Shown: one piece after another, positions 32,100-41,021 of the stretch
Layout: each line of letters opens with the position of its first letter
How positions within the stretch are numbered: position 1 is the stretch's first letter
The notes under the pieces: generated by a model
Seen by the model: the letters and a program-made list of their open reading frames with translations, nothing else
Database searches by the model: none
What the model was told of the DNA's origin: nothing
Assembly: GCA_965206075.1 (NCBI GenBank)
Contig: CBDBIS010000005.1
Location: 1,997,282-2,061,281 of the forward strand
DNA from: Alphaproteobacteria bacterium
GTDB lineage: Bacteria; Pseudomonadota; Alphaproteobacteria; Bin95
Length of the DNA: 64,000 bases
Direction of reading: 5' to 3'
Position numbers and translations under genes: made by a program

Positions 32100-33980
32100 A
32101 TGGATGGTTCTGGCGGACTAGAGCCTCGTAACCGCGCTGCGGACGGCGCGGCGCCGCTGCTGCCTCATCTGCACGCCGACGAGGTCTATCAGAACGAGCG
32201 CGGCATCCGCGTCGTGCTGGACCGCAGCCGCGACGAATTGCTGACGAAATTCGGCAAGGAAACGCTGGAAGACCGCTACCTGATGCCGGGCGAGTCCTAC
32301 CAGGACCTGTTCGCCCGCGTCGCCGGGCATTTCGCCGACGACAGCGCGCACGCCCAGCGCCTCTACGACTACATTTCGAAGCTCTGGTTCATGCCGGCCA
32401 CGCCCGTGCTGTCCAACGGCGGCACGAAGCGCGGCCTGCCGATTTCCTGCTTCCTGAACGAGGCCGACGACAGCCTGGAGGGCATTGTCGGTCTCTGGAC
32501 GGAGAATGTCTGGCTGGCGGCGCGCGGCGGCGGCATCGGCAGCTATTGGGGCAATCTGCGCTCCATCGGCGAGAAGGTCGGCCAGAACGGGCGCACCTCC
32601 GGCGTCATCCCCTTCGTGCGCGTCATGGATTCGCTCACCCTCGCGATCAGCCAGGGCAGCCTCCGGCGCGGCTCGGCGGCGGTTTACATGCAGGCAAGCC
32701 ATCCGGAGATCGAGGAGTTCGTCGAGCTGCGCCGGCCCACCGGCGGCGATCCCAACCGCAAGGCGCTCAACCTGCACCACGGCGTGCTGGTGCCGGATGC
32801 CTTTATGCGTGCCGTCGAGGCCGACGAGGAGTGGGCGCTCGTCAGCCCGCGCGACCACAGCGTGCAGCACCGCATCCGCGCCCGCGACCTCTGGATCCGC
32901 ATCCTCACCGCGCGGATCGAGACCGGCGAGCCCTATCTCATCTTCATCGACCATGTGAACCGCGCCCGGCCCGAGCACCACAAGCTGGCGGGGCTGGAGG
33001 TGAAGACCTCGAACCTCTGCGCCGAGGTTGTGCTGCCGACCGGCCCGGACCATCGCGGCGGCGAGCGCACGGCCGTGTGCTGCCTCTCCTCTCTCAACCT
33101 CGAACGCTATCTCGAATGGGAGGATGCGCCGGGCTTCGTCGAGGACGTCATGCGCTTCCTCGACAATGTGCTCCAGGACTTCATCCAGAGCGCGCCGGAG
33201 TCCATGCGCACGGCGGCCTATGCGGCGATGCGCGAGCGCTCGGTCGGCCTCGGCGTCATGGGCTTCCACAGCTTCCTCCAGAGCCTGGGCGTCCCCTTCG
33301 AGTCCGTCATGGCGTCGGTCTGGAACCGGCGCATGTTCTCGCGCATCCAGGCGGACGCCGACGCCGCGTCGAAGCGGCTGGCGGACGAGCGCGGCCCCTG
33401 CCCCGACGCCGCCGATTTCGGCCTGCGCGAGCGCTTCTCCAACAAGACCGCGATTGCCCCCACCGCCTCCATCTCGATCATCTGCGGCGGCGCCTCGCCC
33501 GGCATCGAGCCGCTTGCGGCCAACGCCTATACCCACAAGACGCTTTCCGGCTCCTTCGCCGTGCGCAACCGCTATCTGGAAGCCGTGCTGGAGGAAGCGG
33601 GCCGCAACGATGAGGAGACCTGGTCGTCGATCACGGTCAATGAGGGCTCGGTGCAGCATCTCGACTTCCTGACCGACGGTCAGAAGGCCCTGTTCAAGAC
33701 CGCGTTCGAGCTCGACCAGCGCTGGATCGTGGACCTTGCGGCCGAGCGTGCGCCGATGGTGGACCAGGCCCAGTCGGTGAACCTGTTCCTGCCGGCCGAC
33801 ATCCACAAGCGCGACCTGCACGGCCTGCACGCGATGGCCTGGAAGCGGGGCCTCAAGAGCCTCTATTACTGCCGCTCGAAGTCGCTGCAGCGTGCCGAAG
33901 CAGTGGGCGGCAAGCGCGTGGCGCGGCAGGAGGAGGTCCCGCTCCGGATCGACTACGAAGAGTGCCTCGCATGCCAGTGA
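32100..33980 (+). CDS. ribonucleotide reductase alpha-chain family protein (no adjacent beta subunit; possibly class II NrdJ-like)
   Basis: RNR fold motifs: PATPVLSNGGT, GLPISCFLNEADDSLEGI, active-site SNLCAEVVLP, C-terminal redox pair EECLACQ. GGAGG RBS 6 nt upstream. Confidence 0.75.
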   Translation: MDGSGGLEPRNRAADGAAPLLPHLHADEVYQNERGIRVVLDRSRDELLTKFGKETLEDRYLMPGESYQDLFARVAGHFADDSAHAQRLYDYISKLWFMPATPVLSNGGTKRGLPISCFLNEADDSLEGIVGLWTENVWLAARGGGIGSYWGNLRSIGEKVGQNGRTSGVIPFVRVMDSLTLAISQGSLRRGSAAVYMQASHPEIEEFVELRRPTGGDPNRKALNLHHGVLVPDAFMRAVEADEEWALVSPRDHSVQHRIRARDLWIRILTARIETGEPYLIFIDHVNRARPEHHKLAGLEVKTSNLCAEVVLPTGPDHRGGERTAVCCLSSLNLERYLEWEDAPGFVEDVMRFLDNVLQDFIQSAPESMRTAAYAAMRERSVGLGVMGFHSFLQSLGVPFESVMASVWNRRMFSRIQADADAASKRLADERGPCPDAADFGLRERFSNKTAIAPTASISIICGGASPGIEPLAANAYTHKTLSGSFAVRNRYLEAVLEEAGRNDEETWSSITVNEGSVQHLDFLTDGQKALFKTAFELDQRWIVDLAAERAPMVDQAQSVNLFLPADIHKRDLHGLHAMAWKRGLKSLYYCRSKSLQRAEAVGGKRVARQEEVPLRIDYEECLACQ

Positions 33981-34717
33981 GCGGCGGGCCGCTTTCCGGA
34001 AAGACAGCGCTCGTCACCGGCGCCAGCCGCAATATCGGGCGCGAAATCTGCCTGCGGCTCGCGCGCGAGGGCGCACATGTCTGCGTCAATACCCGCCGGG
34101 CGGCCGACGCCGCGCGCGCGGTCGTGGCGGAGGTCGAGGCCGCGGGCGGGTCGGCATCGCTGCACATGGCGGACGTGACGGACGAGGCCGCCGTCGCGGC
34201 AATGGCGGAGGCGGCGGGCCCGGTGGACATCCTCGTCAACAACGCCGCCATCCGCCGCCATGTGCCTTTCCTCGAATCGACGCTCGCAGACTGGCGGGAG
34301 GCGCAGGCGGTCGTGCTCGAAGGGGCCTTTCTCTGCGCCCGCGCCGTGCTGGCGTCCATGCAGGCGAAGGGCTGGGGGCGGATCGTCAATATGGGCGGCG
34401 TCTCGGCGCATATGGGCATGGCGGAACGCGCCCATGTCAGCGCCGCCAAGGCAGGCCTGATCGGCTTCACCAAGGGGCTCGCCAAGGAGTTCGGTCTTGC
34501 CGGCATCACCGTCAATTGCGTGGTGCCGGGTGTGATCGACACGGTGCGCGATCCGGGCGGGCTGCGGCCCGAACAGGCAAGCGCCGTCCCCATCGCCGTC
34601 GGCCGCCAGGGGCGCCCGGAAGAAGTGGCGGAAACCGTGGTGCATCTCTGCCGCCCGGAAAGCGCCTATATCACCGGCGCGACGATCCATGTGAATGGGG
34701 GAGCGTATCTCCCCTGA
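33962..34717 (+). CDS. SDR-family oxidoreductase (FabG-like)
   Basis: TGASRNIGREI, NNAA, and the catalytic Y/K region SAAKAGLIGFTK. Overlaps the 3' end of the RNR gene by ~19 nt. Confidence 0.85.
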   Translation: MPRMPVSGGPLSGKTALVTGASRNIGREICLRLAREGAHVCVNTRRAADAARAVVAEVEAAGGSASLHMADVTDEAAVAAMAEAAGPVDILVNNAAIRRHVPFLESTLADWREAQAVVLEGAFLCARAVLASMQAKGWGRIVNMGGVSAHMGMAERAHVSAAKAGLIGFTKGLAKEFGLAGITVNCVVPGVIDTVRDPGGLRPEQASAVPIAVGRQGRPEEVAETVVHLCRPESAYITGATIHVNGGAYLP

Positions 34718-34758
34718 CCGCACCCCGGTCGATGACAGCGGCGCATCGCAGGGGTAGC

Positions 34759-35514
34759 ATGGCGGAAGGCTCGAGGGCGGGAGGCCGCGCCATGGCGTAT
34801 CTTTTCGAGACCAGCACCGGGGGCATGGGATCGCGCTTCATGAGCCTGCAGGTTCCTCCCGACTGTTTCCGGGACATGGCGCGGATCGACTGGAGCGAGT
34901 GCTTCAAGCGGGTCTTTATCGACCCCGTGACGGGGTCGATTTCGTTCATGGCGCCCTCGGCGTCGCATGAGAACCGGTCGTCGAGTTCGGACCTTGTCAT
35001 GATGTCGCTCGACCGCAAGGGCTTTCCCGTCCACGGCATGGGATCGACACGCTTCCGCGGCCCCGGCGACAGGGAAGCCGAACCCGATGCGTGCTACTAT
35101 ATCGGCGCGAAGGTCCAGCACTATCTTGCTGCCGTAGAGGAAGGCAATGAAGCGCTTGACCGGTTCGCTCGCGAAACGCCGCCCGACCTGGTGCTGGAAG
35201 TCGAGCGCAGCCACGCCGATCGCGGCAAGCCGTCCTTTTACCGGGATCTGGGCGTCACCGAGATGTGGCGGCTCGACATGTCCGAAAACGACCGCGACGA
35301 AGTAGCGTTCCTGGATCTGCAGGCGCCGGGCGGTCCTGCGCCTGCGGAAACGAGCGTCGTGCTGCCCGGCGCGACGCCGGCCTTCGTGCTTGAAGCGCTC
35401 GCGCTCGCAGCCCGGCGGCGATACGGGGAACTGGACACCCTGCTCGACCGGTTGCTGGCGGATATGAAGCAGGCGGGGCCGGAAGGACGCAGCGCCGAGG
35501 CGCCGGACCGATAG
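34759..35514 (+). CDS. Uma2-family (DUF820) PD-(D/E)XK putative endonuclease
   Basis: EPDACYYIG...PDLVLEVERS matches the Uma2 PD...(D/E)xK core. Alternative start at 34792 (MAYLFE). Confidence 0.6.
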   Translation: MAEGSRAGGRAMAYLFETSTGGMGSRFMSLQVPPDCFRDMARIDWSECFKRVFIDPVTGSISFMAPSASHENRSSSSDLVMMSLDRKGFPVHGMGSTRFRGPGDREAEPDACYYIGAKVQHYLAAVEEGNEALDRFARETPPDLVLEVERSHADRGKPSFYRDLGVTEMWRLDMSENDRDEVAFLDLQAPGGPAPAETSVVLPGATPAFVLEALALAARRRYGELDTLLDRLLADMKQAGPEGRSAEAPDR

Positions 35515-35532
35515 GGCGCGACACAGAGGCGC

Positions 35533-36768
35533 CTATCGGCCCCGGTCGGTCGCGGCTTCCCTCGGCCGGTATAACCGGTACCAGGCCCAGGCGAGGAACT
35601 GGAGGGCGAGCAGGCCGCCGAAGGCGGTCCGGTACGCCTCCTCGGGGTAGCGGCCGTCCTCGGGCGTCCACCGGTCGAGCACGCCGCCAATGGCGTACTG
35701 GATGGCGAAGGCGCCGAGAAAGACCAGCAGGTTGAGCGCGGTGTTGGCGCGGCCCGCCAGCACGGAGCCGAAATAGGCCGAGAGATAGGCGTAGGAGAGA
35801 ATGGTCATCTGGCCGGTCATGGCGAAGATCGCCCAGAACGCCGTGGTCGGCGGCCAGAGGCCGAGCACGATGGCGAGCAGCGAGGCGAGGAACACCGCCA
35901 CGATGGCCTCGACCACCGCCATCAGGGAGATGCCGCGCCGGTTCGCCCAGTCGCCGAGCGCGCCCGAAAGCAGGATGCCGACGATGAAGGCCGCCGCCAT
36001 CAGGAAGAGCGTCGAGGCGGTCTGCTCGGGGTCGAGGCCGCCCACATCCCGCAGCCAGGGCGCGGCCCAGAGCGTCTGGAGCGCGATATGGGCGCCGCAG
36101 GTTCCCGCGATGATCGGCGCGAGGCTCCAGAAGGTGCGGTTCCGGTAAACCTGCCCGATGCCGGCGATCTGCGCCCGGAAGCCGCCGCGGCTCAGCATGT
36201 CCGGTTTTTCGCGCGGCGCCAGCAGGAAGATCGCCGAGGCCGCGAGCGCGACCGCGCAGCCGAGCCCCGCGAACACCGCCCGCCAGCCATACGCCGCCAC
36301 GGCCATGTGCGCCGGCTCCGTCGCGGCCAGCACCCCGAAGCCGCCGAAGACCATGACGAGCGCATTGAACAGCGGCACGCGCTCGGGCGGCGCCCAGAGC
36401 ACCACCGCCTTGAAGGACGCCATCAGCCCGCCGGCGAAGCCGAGCCCGATCATGAGCCGCGCGCCGACCAGCATGTCCGCCGATCCGCCGGCCGCGAACA
36501 GGAAGGAGCCGAGCGCAGACACCATGAGCAGGCAGGCCTGCACCCGGCGCGGCCCGAACCGGTCCAGCAGCACGCCGAGCGGCAGCTGGAACGCGCCGAA
36601 GCCGAAGAGGTAGGCGGCCGTAATCAGCCCGAGCCCCTCGGCCGTCACGCCGACATCGCGTTCCAGGTCCGCCACGACCACGGCGTTCACCGCGCGCAGC
36701 AGGTAGGACATGAAGTAGCCGAGGCCGAAGGGCGCGACGACCGCGGCCCAGAGGCGCCAGAGGCTCAT
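35533..36768 (-). CDS. MFS transporter
   Basis: 12-TM profile; MFS signature GVLLDRFGPRRV. Confidence 0.85.
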   Translation of the reverse strand: MSLWRLWAAVVAPFGLGYFMSYLLRAVNAVVVADLERDVGVTAEGLGLITAAYLFGFGAFQLPLGVLLDRFGPRRVQACLLMVSALGSFLFAAGGSADMLVGARLMIGLGFAGGLMASFKAVVLWAPPERVPLFNALVMVFGGFGVLAATEPAHMAVAAYGWRAVFAGLGCAVALAASAIFLLAPREKPDMLSRGGFRAQIAGIGQVYRNRTFWSLAPIIAGTCGAHIALQTLWAAPWLRDVGGLDPEQTASTLFLMAAAFIVGILLSGALGDWANRRGISLMAVVEAIVAVFLASLLAIVLGLWPPTTAFWAIFAMTGQMTILSYAYLSAYFGSVLAGRANTALNLLVFLGAFAIQYAIGGVLDRWTPEDGRYPEEAYRTAFGGLLALQFLAWAWYRLYRPREAATDRGR

Positions 36769-36894
36769 ACCGGGACGCTCGACGCGGGACCCGTAACGGG
36801 GTGCGTGCGGTCATGCTCCCCTCCCGCCGGGCGGGCTGCCGCATGCACAGATCTCATTTCGGCTTGTCTGCAGCGCGCCTGCTGTCCTTGCTGC

Positions 36895-37085
36895 GCGGGC
36901 CTTCGCCCCCAACCCGTCGTCCCCGCGAAGGCGGGGACCCGGCCCTGACTCCCGATGCCGCGCGGAACGCGGCGAACTGAAACGATGGCGGCGTTGGCGC
37001 CGCCGCCGCAGCCGGTGAAGAACGGGACCGACCGCTGAAGTTGCCGCGAGAACCGAGGCCTGGGCCCCGGCTTCCCCGCTCGGGG
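36895..37085. repeat. Copy C (reverse orientation) of ~150-bp MITE/REP-like element
   Basis: Reverse complement reads ccaaccgtcgccccggcccccg...ggggcccaggcctcggttctcgcggcaacttcagcggtcg..., matching copies A and B. Confidence 0.65.
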
Positions 37086-37238
37086 GCGGGGACAGGCGGG
37101 GGCCGGGGCGACGGTTGGCGTAGTGCAATGCCACGCCGCCAAGCGGAAATGTGTGAATCCAGTAGGCCGAGCGGGAGGGGCCGGGGGAGTAGGCTTCCGG
37201 CGGCAATCGGCGCAGGTTCCGTTCGACGATCGCTTGCA

Positions 37239-38016
37239 TCACATCGCGGCGATGCCGCCGTCCACGAAGAGCTCCGAGCCGGTGGTAAAGCTGCTTTCGT
37301 CGGAGGCGAGGTAAAGGATCGCATAGGCGACCTCCTCCGCCTGCCCGACCCGCCCGATGGGAACCTGGCGGGCCAGCTTGCGCAGCGCCTCTTGCACGCC
37401 GAATTGCTCCTTGTAACGGTCGAGGATCGGCGTATCGATGAAGGTCGGATGCACGGAGTTGCAGCGGATCGGCAGGCCCTGCCGGGCGCAATGCAGCGCG
37501 ACCGACTTGGAAAGGTGCCGGACCCCGGCCTTGGCGGAGTTGTAGGCGGCCATGTTGTGCCCGGCGATGACGCCCGCGATCGAGGAGATATTGACGATGG
37601 CGCCCGCGCCGTCCGTCTCCCGGCAATGGGCAGCGATGGCGGGGATGGCGTGCTTGCAGCCGAGGAACACGCCGTCGAGGTCGATGGCATGCACCAGCCG
37701 CCATTCCTCCAGCTCGATCTCGGTGACGGGCTTGGTGAGGCCGATGCCGGCGCTCTGCACCAGGATGTTGAGCCCGCCGAAGCGCTCGACAGTCTCGGCA
37801 ACCGCCGCCTCCCAGGCCGCCTCGTCGGTCACGTCGTGGCGGATGAAGGCCGCGTCGGCCCCGAGCTCCGCCGCGAGCGCGCGTCCCCTCGCCTCGTCAA
37901 TGTCGGTGATCGCAACCCGCGCGCCTTCGCGCAGGAACATGGCCGCCGTCGCCGCCCCCAGCCCCGACGCGCCCGCCGGTAATCAGCGCAATCTTGCCTT
38001 CGATCCGTCCGGTCAT
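37239..38016 (-). pseudogene. SDR-family oxidoreductase with +1 frameshift in the N-terminal Rossmann motif (pseudogene or sequencing error)
   Basis: Reading from the ATG at 38016 gives MTGRIEGKIALITGG and then runs out of frame. Deleting one C in the run at ~37972-37975 restores ITGGASGLGAATAAMFLREGARVAITD, continuous with ORF 37239..37940. Paralogue of the intact SDR at 38032..38790. Confidence 0.7.
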
Positions 38017-38031
38017 TCCCGGTCCTCTCCC

Positions 38032-38790
38032 TTATTTCGCGCAGAAGCCGCCGTCCACGACGAGCTCGGTGCCGTTGACGAAGCTCGACTCGTCCGAGGC
38101 GAGGAACAACACGCATTGCGCGACCTCTTCCGGGCGGCCGATGCGGCCGAGCGGAATCGCCTCCGCGCGGGCGTCGATGGCGCGCTGGCCGAAGCGCTCG
38201 CGGTCGGGGTCGAGAATCGGCGTGTCGATGGGCCCCGGATGCACCGAGTTCGCGCGGATATTGTAGCCGCGCCGGCCGCAATGGAGCGCAATCGTCTTGG
38301 TGAGCATGTGGACGCCCGCCTTGGCCGAGCAGTAGGCCGCATAGACGGCCACGCCCCTGAGCGCGGCGACCGAGGAGATGTTGACGATGGAGCCCCCGCC
38401 GCTCTCCGCCATGGCGGGCAGGGCCGCATGGCAGCCGAGATAGACGCTGTCCAGGCAGACATCGTGGACGCGCCGCCAGCCCTCCAGCGTCTCCTGCTCG
38501 ATGGTCGCCTTGGGCGCGATGCCGGCATTGTTGACCAGCACGGAGAGCCCGCCTAGCGCCCCGGCCGCGGCGGCGACGGCGCGATCCCAGTCGCCGGCAT
38601 CGGTCACGTCATGGGCCAGCACGGTCATCGACCCGTCCGCGCCGGCCGCGGTCTCCCCGGCAGCATCCGCATCGATGTCGGTCGCGACGACATGCGCCCC
38701 TTCGCTTGCCAGCAGCAGCGCCGTTGCGCGCCCGATGCCGGAGCCCGCCCCCGTCACCAGCGCGGTCCTGCCTTCGAGCCGTCCGCTCAT
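38032..38790 (-). CDS. SDR-family oxidoreductase
   Basis: TGAGSGIGRATA, NNAG, YCSAKAG catalytic tetrad region; 252 aa. Confidence 0.88.
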   Translation of the reverse strand: MSGRLEGRTALVTGAGSGIGRATALLLASEGAHVVATDIDADAAGETAAGADGSMTVLAHDVTDAGDWDRAVAAAAGALGGLSVLVNNAGIAPKATIEQETLEGWRRVHDVCLDSVYLGCHAALPAMAESGGGSIVNISSVAALRGVAVYAAYCSAKAGVHMLTKTIALHCGRRGYNIRANSVHPGPIDTPILDPDRERFGQRAIDARAEAIPLGRIGRPEEVAQCVLFLASDESSFVNGTELVVDGGFCAK

Positions 38791-39024
38791 CCCCCGGTCT
38801 CCCTCTCGTTCAGTCCGCCGCCACTCTACCCTCTCATACCGGAGCGCGCGAAGCGGGACTCACGGTCGGAGGAGGATCGTGAGCAACGGGATAGATGGGT
38901 TAGAGCGCGATCCGTTCGAGTTGAAACGGACTTACCGGTAAAGCCTCAATCGTCACCCCGGACGGCGCGCCAGCGGCGATCCGGGGTCCATCTTCCGGCA
39001 TTTCCACCGGACTGAAACAGCAGT

Positions 39025-39240
39025 GGATGGGCCCCGGATCGGGGTCCGGGGCGACGAATTGGGTCAAGGCCGGCAGCGTTTAGGGCGGAGCCCGATCTGT
39101 ATGGATCGCATTTCAGGCCAAGCCCGGAATTGTCGCCCCGGACCCCGATCCGGGGCCCAGTACCGCCGGCGCGACACGGCGGGGACCCGATTGCCTGGAC
39201 CCCGGATCTCCGCTTCGCTCCGTCCGGGGTGACAGTGGGC
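39025..39240. repeat. Copy D (composite) of MITE/REP-like element family
   Basis: Contains gtcgccccggaccccgatccggggcccag and ggaccccggatctccgcttcgctccgtccggggtgacag, matching the ends of copies A-C, plus an inverted partial unit at 39030-39085. Confidence 0.6.
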
Positions 39241-39351
39241 GCTGCCCGCTCGGTCCCGTTGCAACCTGAAAGGATCGTGCTCTAGCAGTCTTCTTCGTTC
39301 GTCCGCCTTCCGGCAAAATAGAAAAAATTTCATATTTCTCCCGCCACGGGG

Positions 39352-39380
39352 CTTGACTGGAGAGAAAGTGTAGTAGAATG
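39352..39380 (+). promoter_or_regulatory. sigma-70-like promoter CTTGAC-N16-TAGAAT at the head of repeat module copy A
   Basis: cttgactggagagaaagtgtagtagaat. The homologous position upstream of the 52150..52779 gene carries CTTGAC-N15-TATGAT. Confidence 0.45.
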
Positions 39381-39725
39381 CAGGGTGAGAGAGGCGGCTT
39401 CCGGGGCCGCCTTTCGGCTTTTCTGCGCAGGGAAGCAATGGCTGGGTCCGAAAAAAGCCCCGGCGGGAGGCGACGAGAGAAGTGCGCCCGCCGTCTCGCG
39501 CGCGCAATCAGGCGCGCGAACCGCGCCGGCGCAAGACGCGCACTGGCGGGCGCGGGCGCGCACGCAGGATACGCGCGCAAAAAGGGTCCCGCCGCATGGG
39601 GGCGTCCAGGCCGGCGGCGCGGACGGAATGGAGCGGAACGGAACGCGATGGAGGGAACGATATGCAGGAACGGAACCGCAGAGCTTCGGCGGCGGCATGA
39701 AGAACATGACATGCCATGACACAAT
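39352..39725 (+). repeat. Module copy A: promoter + ~240-nt leader + decayed mini-ORF (34-aa MGASRPAARTEWSGTERDGGNDMQERNRRASAAA), paralogous to the promoter/leader/ends of gene 52150..52779
   Basis: DNA-level alignment of 39352-39600 with the reverse complement of 52780-53030 (shared gcgcgcaatcaggcg(c/t)gcgaaccgcgccggcgcaagacgcg ... gcgcacgcaggatacgcgcg(c/g)caaa(aa)gggtcc). The 3' catgac-rich end aligns with the 3' end of the 52150 gene. Confidence 0.6.
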
Positions 39726-39958
39726 GCAGAGGCCTTCCATGAAATCCCCTCTCCCCGCTTGCGGGGGAGGCCGGGTGGGGGCCCTCTCGGCGTGACGGGC
39801 GGTTGCCGGGGCTTCGCCCGCCGCTTCCGCAGGCGAAAGCGGCCCCTCACCCTGCCCTCTCCCGGCGGGAGAGGGTCTTCCGGAGCGTGCGTTTCTCTCC
39901 TCTCTGTCATGGGGACCGGGGCGGCCCCCGCCCTCGCGGGGGCGACGATGGGGGGCAA

Positions 39959-40210
39959 ATGCCCGCCTTCCGCCTCGCGCGCAATCAGGTGCGCGAACCG
40001 CGCCGGCGCTAACGCGCCCGCCCGCGCAGGGGCGCGCACGCAGGATACGCGCGCAAAAAGGGTCCCGCCGCATGGGGGCGTCCAGGCCGGCGGCGCGGAC
40101 GGAATGGAGCGGAACGGAACGCGATGGAGGGAACGATATGCAGGAACGGAACCGCAGAGCTTCGGCGGCGGCATGGAGAACATGACAGAACATGACACTT
40201 CCTGACATGC
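39959..40210 (+). repeat. Module copy B (5'-truncated tandem duplicate of copy A)
   Basis: About 150 bp identical to copy A (gcgcacgcaggatacgcgcgcaaaaagggtcccgccgcatggggg...cttcggcggcggcatg), with the same 34/35-aa mini-ORF. Period ~475 bp. Confidence 0.65.
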
Positions 40211-40293
40211 CGGTGGAGCGGGCCCCGGAGACCGGCCGGTTCCCGCCCGTCCGGTGCGGCGGTCGGGCGGAGTCGAGAGATTTGCGTGGGCCT

Positions 40294-40321
40294 CTTGAAT
40301 CGCCGCCGGCCATCCCCATCT
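40294..40321 (+). promoter_or_regulatory. RpoH (sigma-32) heat-shock promoter CTTGAA-N14-CCCCATCT upstream of hsp20
   Basis: cctCTTGAAtcgccgccggccatCCCCATCTgg matches the sigma-32 consensus CTTGAA-N13-15-CCCCATnT; ~110 nt upstream of the hsp20 ATG. Confidence 0.7.
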
Positions 40322-40429
40322 GGAGGTTGTCCGAAGCTCGCCGGGAAAACGGGGGCGGAGGACGGCGGGTCCGGCCGATGAGCGGCGGGCCCAGAGACAT
40401 CGACAATCGCTTCTCAAGGAGGATGACCG

Positions 40430-40879
40430 ATGACGGCATTCGATTTCTCCCCTCTCCTGCGCTCCACCATCGGCTTCGAACGGCTGATGAAGAACTTCGA
40501 CCGCGTCATGAACGCCGACGCCACCGCGGAGCACTATCCGCCCTGCAACATCGTCAAGACCGGCGAGCACACCTACCGCATCGAGATGGCGGTGGCCGGC
40601 TTCGGCGAAGAGGACCTTGCGATCGAGGCGAAGGGCGACGAGCTCGTGATCGCCGGCAAGGTCCGCAAGCAGGACGACGAACGCATCTTCCTGCATCGCG
40701 GCATCGCGACGCGCCAGTTCCGGCGCACCTTCCGCCTTGCCGAGCATGTGAAGGCGGCGGGCGCAAAGCTGGAGAACGGCATGCTCGCGGTCGAGCTGGT
40801 GAGCGAGGTGCCCGAGGCGCTGAAGCCCCGCCGGATCGAGATCGGCGCCGGCGCGCCGCAGACCCTCGAAGCGGCCTGA
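40430..40879 (+). CDS. Hsp20/alpha-crystallin family small heat-shock protein (IbpA-like)
   Basis: Alpha-crystallin domain (YRIEMAVAGFGEEDLAIEAKGDELVIAGK...RGIATRQFRRTFRLAEHV...NGMLAVEL); RBS AAGGAGG. Confidence 0.92.
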   Translation: MTAFDFSPLLRSTIGFERLMKNFDRVMNADATAEHYPPCNIVKTGEHTYRIEMAVAGFGEEDLAIEAKGDELVIAGKVRKQDDERIFLHRGIATRQFRRTFRLAEHVKAAGAKLENGMLAVELVSEVPEALKPRRIEIGAGAPQTLEAA

Positions 40880-41021
40880 TCGCACGCGCCGCTCTCTCCG
40901 CATTCACGCAACCGGACGCCGGGCCCCAGGGCCCGGCGTTTCGCATTGGGCGCCGACGGGCGCTGCCGCGATGGTGCCAGCCTCCTACCGTTCCGCCCGT
41001 CGCTCGGCTAGATTGGAGCCC

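Noticed and set aside
40381-40432. ROSE-type RNA thermometer in the hsp20 5'-UTR (cgcttctcaaggaggat)
   Set aside because: It resembles the ROSE 3' consensus (uYGCUcCUugGAGGAU) superficially, but I could not draw the anti-SD hairpin with the bulged G. The promoter is sigma-32 type rather than the sigma-70 type used by ROSE-controlled genes.
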